10,112 nt of DNA, taken from Candidatus Calditenuaceae archaeon HR02. GTDB taxonomy: Archaea; Thermoproteota; Nitrososphaeria_A; Caldarchaeales; Calditenuaceae. Each line of letters begins with the position of its first letter. The stretch's first letter is position 1. Positions 1 through 7,094 of the stretch are shown here, one piece after another. Position numbers and translations under genes: made by a program. The stretch is taken from positions 1 to 10,112 of the forward strand of contig BEHE01000031.1 of assembly GCA_002898395.1 (NCBI GenBank), written 5' to 3'. Under the pieces are notes generated by a model. The model ran no database searches. It had not been told where the DNA came from and was given only the letters and a program-made list of their open reading frames with translations.

Positions 1-112
1 ACGAGTGGTGGATATGGTAAGGGATTTAAATACTGCTCAAAACACCAACAATACATAAACACAGAACAGGTTAAATGCAACACAAAACCTGAGAAACAAG
101 TCAAGAAGATAG
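1..112 (+). pseudogene. 3' remnant of a small zinc-ribbon protein gene (same family as 8760..9012 and 9629..9932), 5' end outside the window
   Basis: Manual translation of frame 1 gives TSGGYGKGFKYCSKHQQYINTEQVKCNTK. A +1 shift at about 85-88 gives LRNKSRR* (TAG 110-112). This aligns with GGKYRAGYKYCCRCRAFQLTDSVWCPYCGVKLRTRP at 8836 onward, but the second CxxC is collapsed to one Cys. Confidence 0.5.
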
Positions 113-128
113 GAGGCTTAGGGTTAAA

Positions 129-137
129 TTTTATATG
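129..137 (+). promoter_or_regulatory. TATA box of rps27ae (probably leaderless transcript)
   Basis: TTTTATATG ends about 24 nt before ATG 161, the canonical archaeal spacing. Confidence 0.6.
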
Positions 138-160
138 GTGCGGGAGACATTGATGGGTGA

Positions 161-358
161 ATGTCTTCAATCCGCGTCTCTCAGAAGGAGAAGGGGTTGT
201 GGAAGCTCTATTCGGTAACTCCAGACGGCAAGCTGGTTCGAAATGTTAGCTTCTGCCCTATCTGTGGCCCGGGATACATTATGGCAAGGCACCAAGACAG
301 ATATACGTGTGGCAGATGTGGATATACTAGCTTCACCTCCGAGAAGAAACCTCGATAA
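161..358 (+). CDS. rps27ae: 30S ribosomal protein S27ae (eS31)
   Basis: 65 aa with W-K-L-Y..DGKL.R...[26 protein letters not shown], the S27ae C4 zinc-finger signature. No N-terminal ubiquitin fusion. Confidence 0.96.
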   Translation: MSSIRVSQKEKGLWKLYSVTPDGKLVRNVSFCPICGPGYIMARHQDRYTCGRCGYTSFTSEKKPR

Positions 359-851
359 GCCCCCGCGCGAATTTTCTAACTTCTTCATCTATATGTACTA
401 TAACAACTCCCTCCCTAGGCTGTCCATATAGCATTAATGTATTCAGGGGCGCTTCAGCCATAACGACCAAGCCCAACAAGTCCTCCTCACCGTCTACACG
501 GACAATAACCGGACCACACATTCCAAGAGCCTCTACAACAGTCTTATAGGCCTGGCCGCTTATCGTTCCCGGCCTATTCTCACAACTCAGTTCCATTGCA
601 CCATCGATAACAACCGGCTCAACCGGTCTGCGCTCAATTTTTCCATCAACTATACATACGTCGGGCTTAAGCCCTATAGAGAGGAGTGTTTTGGTCACCG
701 CATCGCCTACTGCCACAATCATTCCTGCACTTTTTCTGACAACGCTCCTAACCACCTCAGAGGTATTCTCGGGACAGCCCCGCACCAGCAGACCTAGCGG
801 TCTCTTCAGACGTTCCCTAATTTCCTCGGGGATAACTATTTCGTCACTCAA
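333..851 (-). CDS. DUF359 family GTP-dependent dephospho-CoA kinase
   Basis: Motifs [45 protein letters not shown] start overlaps the spt4 stop, and the position after spt4 is the conserved archaeal gene order. Confidence 0.92.
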   Translation of the reverse strand: MSDEIVIPEEIRERLKRPLGLLVRGCPENTSEVVRSVVRKSAGMIVAVGDAVTKTLLSIGLKPDVCIVDGKIERRPVEPVVIDGAMELSCENRPGTISGQAYKTVVEALGMCGPVIVRVDGEEDLLGLVVMAEAPLNTLMLYGQPREGVVIVHIDEEVRKFARGLIEVSSRR

Positions 852-1032
852 CCTTGATCGCGTATCTTCCGGGCTTCACAATACCAAGGAGTTTAGCTAT
901 GTCTGACGACTCGGGCAGTATCACGATTAGGAGGCCTGAATATGTTGCAGTCAGATTGGTTGAGCCGCAGTTATCACACCTGTTGCCTGTAACTATTGCC
1001 CTGCAATTTCTGCAAGCGCGCTCTCTCGGCAG
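844..1032 (-). CDS. spt4: Transcription elongation factor Spt4 (RpoE''), CTG start, absent from the ORF track
   Basis: Manual translation (62 aa): (M)[61 protein letters not shown]. It has CxxC...CxxC, GL..I..P..S.IA..LG...PG.YA.KV and lies between rpo7 and DUF359. SD-like GGGGAGTGA lies upstream of CTG 1032. Confidence 0.93.
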   Translation of the reverse strand: MPRERACRNCRAIVTGNRCDNCGSTNLTATYSGLLIVILPESSDIAKLLGIVKPGRYAIKVE

Positions 1033-1038
1033 ATCTCA

Positions 1039-1608
1039 TCACTCCCCCGCAACCTTCTCTGCACGGGGTACGCGCTCCCTACGTCTCTGCTCTTCAATCC
1101 ACTCCAGGTTCCCCAAGTAGGGCTGCCGCGTAGTTATTCCCACTTTTCCACCAGCTAGCGAGACGGCAACCACCCTAGCTCTAACCTTATCGCCAACCCC
1201 GAGCTTCCAACCAGTCTGAGACCCCACAAACACGGCGTTCTTCTTGTCAAAATTCACGAAGTCGTCAAGTATCTGCGATACATGGAGCAGAGCATCCAGC
1301 GGACCTATCCTAACAAATGCGCCAAAATCTGTTAACTCCACGACCTCACCCTCTACGACCTCCTGGATACGGGGGATAAACACGAGGAGCCTGCATTTGA
1401 CCCTGTGATAGAGGTTGGGGTCCCGCGGAAGCATATAACCCACATCCTCAACATCTACGCTCAGGACCGTGATTACATATCCAAGCTGCTCGTCGACTAG
1501 TCCCTCGTAGAGGGCTGTGAGCTTCTTAAAAGCAATCTCCTTTAGAGTGAGTCCAAAATCTCGCGGTTCAACACCGATCACATCCGCTATTTCAACTATG
1601 TAAAACAT
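1039..1608 (-). CDS. rpo7: DNA-directed RNA polymerase subunit Rpo7 (RpoE')
   Basis: MFYIVEIADVIGVEP..., S1 domain EVVEGEVVELTDFGAFVRIGPLDALLHVSQI and C-terminal TTRQPYLGNLEWI. Start moved from the track's 1692 (GTG) to ATG 1608, which matches the family N-terminus. Confidence 0.95.
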   Translation of the reverse strand: MFYIVEIADVIGVEPRDFGLTLKEIAFKKLTALYEGLVDEQLGYVITVLSVDVEDVGYMLPRDPNLYHRVKCRLLVFIPRIQEVVEGEVVELTDFGAFVRIGPLDALLHVSQILDDFVNFDKKNAVFVGSQTGWKLGVGDKVRARVVAVSLAGGKVGITTRQPYLGNLEWIEEQRRRERVPRAEKVAGE

Positions 1609-1694
1609 ACGCCGGTGGCTCCTATTAGGGGGTACTGGGAGGTAATAAATCTGATATGACCGCGCATACGCCTCCCAAAACTCCCACCCCACTA

Positions 1695-2072
1695 CTATGC
1701 TAGGATGTGAACTTGGAGCCTCCTATTGACGTATATGCATTTTAACCCCTGCTTCCTAAGCCTCTTCTGGAGGGCTGAATCCGTTGTGACAACTGCGTAT
1801 CCAGTCTTAGACGCCAGCCTAATCAGCTCCTCATCCGCCTCGACCTCTTGGCTGGATTCAATCCTCATCATCCTCTCCGCCATCGAAAGGGCCAGCTCTG
1901 CCAGTCTTCCACGCTTTCCTCCTCTTGCTGAGAGCCGCTTAAGCTCCCCTATAACAGAGTCAGGGACCATCGGGACCACGGGCTCGCCTAGCTTCTCCTC
2001 GATAAGCTGGAGGATGTTTCTACCACTCTCTGCTAAGAAGAGAAGGAAGCTGGTATCTATTAGTACAGGCAA
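1695..2072 (-). CDS. PIN-domain protein, Fcf1/Utp24-like archaeal RNase
   Basis: LIDTSFL, V..EL, AD..L and VVTTDSALQKRL PIN motifs. Conserved position between aIF2-gamma and rpo7. TTG start. Confidence 0.9.
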   Translation of the reverse strand: MPVLIDTSFLLFLAESGRNILQLIEEKLGEPVVPMVPDSVIGELKRLSARGGKRGRLAELALSMAERMMRIESSQEVEADEELIRLASKTGYAVVTTDSALQKRLRKQGLKCIYVNRRLQVHILA

Positions 2073-2077
2073 CCCGT

Positions 2078-3319
2078 CTATCCCACGATTAACCCGTAGC
2101 CTATCAGCCGCCAGCCCATCCCAATCTTCCTACATATAGAGACCCTGTCACCTGGCCATGCGCAAAGAGGCTTAGAGAGGTTAAGGGTCAACCGACTACC
2201 GTGACGCTTGACAACTATACCACTCGTGACTGCTGTGTACGAGTTAATTACTAGCGGTTCCTTCTCGGATATCTGTTTTACATCAACGTCGCCCTCAACA
2301 CCGATCACCTTCTCGAATAGAGTATAATCAACCTCTAGCGTCTTCCAGACAGGAGGCAGCTTAGAGGGAGTTCCAGCCATCTCGCCCACCAGGGCATCAG
2401 ACTTAGTGAGGGCGGGGTCTAGGGAGGTCTCTACGCCGATAAGCCCGCCGCTGGTCGCCTCCTCCACACTCTTACCACCCGCCTGAATGCTGACGACCTC
2501 CGTGACAATCGGCTCATACTCGGACGAGCCCTCCTTAACAGGAATGCCGGGTGCTATCTCAACTTCATCACCTACACGAAGCCTCCCCTGAATTATCGAC
2601 CCGCCTATCACCCCACCCCTAATCATCGTTGCTGGCGTTCCGGGGAGATTAACGTTGAAGGATCTCAATATGGGCATAAGGAAAGGCTTGTCAAGCTGCC
2701 TCACGGGCGTGGGGATGTACTTGTCCATTGCATACATTAAGGCCTCGACACCAACCCCCTGCTGGGCCGAGACGGGAATTATGGGGACATCTTGGAGGCC
2801 TATTTTCTCAAGATATCCCCTGATCTCATCATAGCTCGCCAACGCACGCTTCTTATCAATAACATCTATCTTATTTTGGGCAACCACCATCTTCGACACA
2901 CCCATTATAAGGGCGGCCTCTAGATGCTCCCTGTCCTGTGCCTGGGGGAACTTCACCCTAGCGTCGGCCACGAGTATTGCGCCGTCGAAGAGGGCGGCGC
3001 CGCTCAGCATTGTTATCATGAGGGAATGGTGGCCTGGACAGTCGATGAAAGACAGCGCCCTAACAAACTCGCACTCCCTGTTATGTATCGGGCAAACAGG
3101 CACCGAGTAGTAGTTGTAGGGCTCCTCGCAGAGGTCACACCTGTATTGGACAGCATCGGCATATCCGACGCGAATAGTGATCCCCCTCTTCAACTCCTCA
3201 CTATGTCTACCCGTCCAGACACCACTTATCGCCTGAACTAGAGTAGATTTTCCATTATCAACGTGACCCAGTGTCCCAATGTTAACCTCAGGCTGCTTCG
3301 GCAGGGGGATAGCGCTCAT
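2078..3319 (-). CDS. eif2g: Translation initiation factor 2 subunit gamma (aIF2-gamma)
   Basis: QPEVNIGTLGHVDNGKSTL, RHSEELKRGITIRVGYA, Zn knuckle CDLC...CPIHNREC, DCPGH, QNKID, PVSA and C-terminal WRLIGYG. Start moved from the track's 3463 to ATG 3319, 25 nt downstream of a TATA box. Confidence 0.97.
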   Translation of the reverse strand: MSAIPLPKQPEVNIGTLGHVDNGKSTLVQAISGVWTGRHSEELKRGITIRVGYADAVQYRCDLCEEPYNYYSVPVCPIHNRECEFVRALSFIDCPGHHSLMITMLSGAALFDGAILVADARVKFPQAQDREHLEAALIMGVSKMVVAQNKIDVIDKKRALASYDEIRGYLEKIGLQDVPIIPVSAQQGVGVEALMYAMDKYIPTPVRQLDKPFLMPILRSFNVNLPGTPATMIRGGVIGGSIIQGRLRVGDEVEIAPGIPVKEGSSEYEPIVTEVVSIQAGGKSVEEATSGGLIGVETSLDPALTKSDALVGEMAGTPSKLPPVWKTLEVDYTLFEKVIGVEGDVDVKQISEKEPLVINSYTAVTSGIVVKRHGSRLTLNLSKPLCAWPGDRVSICRKIGMGWRLIGYGLIVG

Positions 3320-3344
3320 CCACCGCACCCAGATACCCATGCCG

Positions 3345-3352
3345 CTTATATA
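3345..3352 (-). promoter_or_regulatory. TATA box of the aIF2-gamma operon
   Basis: TATATAAG on the minus strand, 25 nt before ATG 3319. Confidence 0.7.
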
Positions 3353-3637
3353 GTTGGTCTTGCACAACTTGAAAACATGGGTAAGGCCACATTCACTCCT
3401 GGAAGCCTGTATCCAGATCCTACGCCTTGATAAGCAACATAGGCTTGGACAAGTCAGTGTCAACTATAGAGTTGATATAGAAAGACCTGGCCAGGGTTAA
3501 TATTGTCAGTAGGGTCTAAGGGGGTCGGAGCCTTAAGAGTGTAGCCCCATACATTGCAGAGTTAATGTCTGGGCAGGGTTCTCAGACGCTCGAAGCGAGC
3601 CTACCCAACATTTGAGGCGTGGACTTGAAGTCAGGGT

Positions 3638-4198
3638 TTAGGATACAACTCCTCGCAAAGCTGTTGCGTTAGTCAACATCCATTTTACCATCAGACGACC
3701 CTTCACATCTAGGCTATACCTGACTCTTACGGGGTGAGAGCCGATTACTTCCCTCCTCACCATTTGGAAGACCTGCAGTTTCCTCAACCTTTGGGACAGA
3801 ACCTTCCATGAGATTCCCGGTACCTTCTCAGCTAGCTCAACGGCAAATAGGTCTCCTGTCAGCAGACTACTCAGTATCTGCGGCATCCACTTGCAGCTTA
3901 GGACTTCGTGAAGCTCCAGAGGTGTTATACCCACCGATACCGCGGGCTTCACGATTCCCGCCACTTCTCTACCCTTTTCCGTCAGGCAGTACAGCCTCTT
4001 AATACCGTCGACGCTGTATATCAGCCCTGATCTTGACAGTGCTTTAATCTTCTCTGACAACACCTTATTCGATATTTGCAGCCGCTTAGCTAATTCGGAG
4101 AAGCTGAGAGGATCTTCATAGAGGAGGCTTATTATCGTCAAACCCCACTTACATAGGATAGACTTGGGATAGGGCTCATTTGCTAACACGTTCGCCAA
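3638..4198 (-). CDS. HxlR/DUF24 (MarR-like) winged-helix regulator with two tandem HxlR domains
   Basis: Domain 1: CKWGLTIISLL..PLSFSELAKRLQISNKVLSEKIKALSRSGLI...YCLTEKG. Domain 2: CKWMPQILSSL...ELAEKVPGISWKVLSQRLRKL...VRREVIGSHPVRVRYSLDVKG. TTG start with a G-rich SD upstream. Confidence 0.88.
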   Translation of the reverse strand: MANVLANEPYPKSILCKWGLTIISLLYEDPLSFSELAKRLQISNKVLSEKIKALSRSGLIYSVDGIKRLYCLTEKGREVAGIVKPAVSVGITPLELHEVLSCKWMPQILSSLLTGDLFAVELAEKVPGISWKVLSQRLRKLQVFQMVRREVIGSHPVRVRYSLDVKGRLMVKWMLTNATALRGVVS

Positions 4199-4228
4199 CG
4201 TGTCCCCCCATGCTGGGGCTGGTGTGGG

Positions 4229-4305
4229 ATTATAAAATTCTATTCTCCTAGCAGGTTACTTTCTGGTAAGATCGTCACCATAAAGACACTCTATTCCTTA
4301 TAATC
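4229..4305. promoter_or_regulatory. Divergent promoter region: two opposed TATA boxes with an inverted-repeat operator candidate between them
   Basis: Minus-strand TTTATAAT at 4229-4236, plus-strand TTATAATC at 4298-4305, GTTAC-N6-GTAAG at 4255-4270 and a weaker GTCAC-N6-GACAC at 4274-4289. Confidence 0.65.
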
Positions 4306-4326
4306 TTGCATGGAAGCGTTCGAGAT

Positions 4327-4920
4327 GTGTCGGTGAGTAATATACCGGGCTATGACTATGGGAAGCCTAGCGTGCCTGTGGCTCCGATATCTGATGAGGA
4401 GTTCGAGCTTCTGAAGAAGACTGTCATGCTGAGCGCGGAGGACGAGTCATATCTCAGGAAGGCTGGAGAGGTATTATCAGACCAAATAGACGCTATATTG
4501 GATCTCTGGTACGGATGGGTGGGCTCTAATCCTCACCTCGTCCATTATTTTGGTAAGCCGGAATCTGGAAGGCCTATCCCCGAATATTTGGAGGCTGTGA
4601 GGCGTAGATTCGGGCAATGGATCCGCGATATGTGCAGTAGAAGGTTTGATAGGACTTGGCTTAACTATCAGTATGAGATTGGGCTCAGGCATCACAGGAG
4701 CAAAAAGAACAAGACAGATCGTGTAAATAGTGTAGAACATATTCCACTCAGGTATATGATTGCCTTCATCTATCCTATCACTGCAACGATCAAGCCTTTC
4801 CTAGCTAAGAAGGGGCACGCCCCCGATGAGGTTGAAAAGATGTATAATGCTTGGTTCAAGGCCGTCGTCTTGTCGGTTGCGCTCTGGAGCATCCCTTACG
4901 CTAAGGACGGAGACTATTAG
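4327..4920 (+). CDS. pgb: Protoglobin (archaeal single-domain globin)
   Basis: IPGYDYG, LLKKTVML, ILDLWYGWV (B9 Trp/B10 Tyr), YQYEIGLRHHRSKKN (proximal His), IPLRYMIAFIYPITATIKPFLAKKG and AWFK.V.L.VALWS.PY match Aeropyrum pernix and Methanosarcina acetivorans protoglobins as I recall them. Start GTG 4327 (or 4333) is preferred over the track's TTG 4306, which directly abuts the TATA box. Confidence 0.95.
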   Translation: MSVSNIPGYDYGKPSVPVAPISDEEFELLKKTVMLSAEDESYLRKAGEVLSDQIDAILDLWYGWVGSNPHLVHYFGKPESGRPIPEYLEAVRRRFGQWIRDMCSRRFDRTWLNYQYEIGLRHHRSKKNKTDRVNSVEHIPLRYMIAFIYPITATIKPFLAKKGHAPDEVEKMYNAWFKAVVLSVALWSIPYAKDGDY

Positions 4921-4940
4921 GAAGAGTGGATGGTCTCCAG

Positions 4941-4950
4941 CCTCCTTTTT
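4941..4950 (+). terminator. Pyrimidine/oligo-T terminator candidate after protoglobin
   Basis: CCTCCTTTTT about 20-30 nt after the stop codon. Confidence 0.4.
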
Positions 4951-5131
4951 CATGCCTGTGTTTCTCGGGTATATCGTACATATTTGCATGAAATCATGTG
5001 AAATTTATTATGGAGGGTGAGAGGAGTCGTCTTGTTATTGTTTTCAGACTTTTTGACACATTTGCTTGAATAATGTATAGATGGCTTGACCGTCTATTAG
5101 CGACTAGATCGAGTTTAGGTTAGGGGTAGCC

Positions 5132-5668
5132 ATGTTTTTGGAGATATTGTTTCTTGGTCGCGGCGGACAGGGGGTTGTGACGGCTGGGAGGATTATTGCT
5201 GAGGCGGCTCTCAGGGCTGGACTGTTCAGCCAGAGTTTCCCAGAGTTTGGGCCTGAGCGTTCCGGCGCCCCCGTGAGATCATACGTCAGGATCTCGGACG
5301 AGCCAATCTCCACGAGGGCACCCATGGAGAGTTTTGATGTGGCCGTTGTGTTTGAGGAAAGGTTGTTGGGCCCGTCAATCGTTGAGTCAGTCAGAAGTGG
5401 AGGGATTATCGTCTTGGCGGCTGAGTCTGCACCAGAGCTCCCGCGGAGCGATGTCAAGCTATTCGTTGTGGGAGCCAGGCGGATAATCGAGGAGCTTAAG
5501 AAGCCGCGCTCGCTTAATCTGGCTATGGTGGGAGCCCTTTGCTCGGTGATAAACACGATACCGCTTAAGCATGTTGAGGATATCGTAGGTAGGAGATTCG
5601 GGGAGGAGAATAAGGAAGTCGTGCGGCGTGCTGCCCAGATGGTGGTGAGTGTTGAGCAGACGGCCTGA
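5132..5668 (+). CDS. porC: Pyruvate/2-oxoacid:ferredoxin oxidoreductase gamma subunit
   Basis: EI...GRGGQGVVTA, QSFPEFGPERSGAPVRSYVRIS and NLAMVGA. Confidence 0.93.
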   Translation: MFLEILFLGRGGQGVVTAGRIIAEAALRAGLFSQSFPEFGPERSGAPVRSYVRISDEPISTRAPMESFDVAVVFEERLLGPSIVESVRSGGIIVLAAESAPELPRSDVKLFVVGARRIIEELKKPRSLNLAMVGALCSVINTIPLKHVEDIVGRRFGEENKEVVRRAAQMVVSVEQTA

Positions 5669-5924
5669 GTTTCTTATCCCGATAGTCTTTGAGGCCGGGA
5701 ATACTGCTAAAAGAAGCGTAGCCAGCTGGCGTAGTAATAGGCCGTTGATCGAGAGGCGGCTCTGCACCAACTGTCTAATCTGCTGGATATACTGCCCAGA
5801 ACCAGCCATATTCCTCGATGATGCTGGGAATGTGCAGATAGACTATGATCACTGTAAGGGATGTGGGATATGTGCAGAGGAGTGTCCCCGTAAGGCTATA
5901 AAGATGGTGGTGGAGAATGTATAG
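5649..5924 (+). CDS. porD: Pyruvate/2-oxoacid:ferredoxin oxidoreductase delta subunit (2x[4Fe-4S])
   Basis: WR..RP, CTNCLICWIYCPE and IDYDHCKGCGICAEECP. Start is GTG 5649 or TTG 5652 after SD GGTGGTGA. Confidence 0.93.
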   Translation: MLSRRPEFLIPIVFEAGNTAKRSVASWRSNRPLIERRLCTNCLICWIYCPEPAIFLDDAGNVQIDYDHCKGCGICAEECPRKAIKMVVENV

Positions 5925-7092
5925 CCTTGCATCCTATAGGTTGATGACTGGAAATGAGGCAGTAGCTTTCGCTGTTAAGCAAGTGGACGTCGATTTCATC
6001 TCGGCCTACCCAATCACACCGCAGACAATAATCGTGGAGAGGCTCAGCGAGTATGTTAGTTCGGGCGAGTTGGATGCAGAGTTTGTCCCTGTAGAATCTG
6101 AGCACTCGGCGCTCAGCGCCTGTATAGGAGCCTCACTTGCAGGAGCCCGCGTCTTCACGTCTACCTCAAGCCAGGGCCTCGCGCTCATGCACGAGGTCAT
6201 GTACATCGCATCGGGGATGAGGTGCCCCATTGTTATGGCTGTATCGAACAGGGCTCTCTCCGCACCCCTCAACATCCACGGGGACCACTCGGATATAATG
6301 GGCTCGCGGGACGCGGGGTGGGTGCTAATATTCTGCGAGAATCCACAAGAAGTCTACGATTATACCATTCAGGCTTTTAGGCTGGCTGAGCATCCTGAGG
6401 TTTTGCTGCCAGTGGCCGTCAACCTCGACGGCTTCACGGTATCACATAGCAGCGAGCCAGTCGCCATCCTAGAGGATGAAGTAGTGAGGGCTTATCTCCC
6501 GAGGCGCGAACGCCCGCGGCTGGAGTTCGAGGAACCCGCAAGTTTCGGTGTCTTCGCCCTCCCCACACACTACTTTGAGTTTAAGGTTGAGCAGGAGAAG
6601 GCCCTCAGGAAGGCAGGAGAGGTCTTGGAGGAGGTTTCAGCAGCCTATCCAAACCGTTCAGGCCGGCTCCTGAAGCTTTCCAAATTTAACGAGGATGGTA
6701 GAATCGCCATCATCTGCTTAGGTGGTACTGCAGGGACAGTAAGACATGTTGTGAAAAAATACGGGATGAAGGATTTCTCACTCATCTCTCTGAAACTCTT
6801 CTCGCCGTTCCCAAGCGAGGAGCTGTTAGACGCCTTAAAAGAGGCTGAGGGCGTCGTCGTTATGGATAGGGCGACCTCGCCTGGTGCACCTCTCCCACCG
6901 CTCGCCTCCAACGTTGCCGCCAGCTTATACGAGGCAGGAGTTCGTCTCCCCCTCATGAGCGTGGTTTACGGATTGGGTGGGAGGGAGCCAACCCTAAAGA
7001 TGATTGTAGAAATGTTGGAGAAGTCTAGGGAGAGGATTGGTGAAGGCGGGCCCGTCGTCTCTCGGATGTATCTCGGCTACGGGGGTGGGTAG
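5917..7092 (+). CDS. porA: Pyruvate/2-oxoacid:ferredoxin oxidoreductase alpha subunit
   Basis: GNEAVA, AYPITPQT, VESEHSA, TSSQGL.LMHE, NRALSAP, DGF..SH and GLGGRE. Confidence 0.95.
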   Translation: MYSLASYRLMTGNEAVAFAVKQVDVDFISAYPITPQTIIVERLSEYVSSGELDAEFVPVESEHSALSACIGASLAGARVFTSTSSQGLALMHEVMYIASGMRCPIVMAVSNRALSAPLNIHGDHSDIMGSRDAGWVLIFCENPQEVYDYTIQAFRLAEHPEVLLPVAVNLDGFTVSHSSEPVAILEDEVVRAYLPRRERPRLEFEEPASFGVFALPTHYFEFKVEQEKALRKAGEVLEEVSAAYPNRSGRLLKLSKFNEDGRIAIICLGGTAGTVRHVVKKYGMKDFSLISLKLFSPFPSEELLDALKEAEGVVVMDRATSPGAPLPPLASNVAASLYEAGVRLPLMSVVYGLGGREPTLKMIVEMLEKSRERIGEGGPVVSRMYLGYGGG

Positions 7093-7094
7093 GA

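Noticed and set aside
1609-1692. 28-aa N-terminal extension of Rpo7 in the ORF track
   Set aside because: Family homology starts at ATG 1608, and the extension spans a TATA-like element and a hairpin.
3320-3463. 48-aa N-terminal extension of aIF2-gamma in the ORF track
   Set aside because: It runs through the TATA box at 3345-3352, and homology begins at MSAIPLPKQPEVNIG (3319).
3540-3610. Minus-strand hairpin followed by CTGAGA-ACCC resembling a TPP riboswitch
   Set aside because: It lacks the ACCTGA...AAT...CGxAGG core, and no thiamine gene lies downstream.
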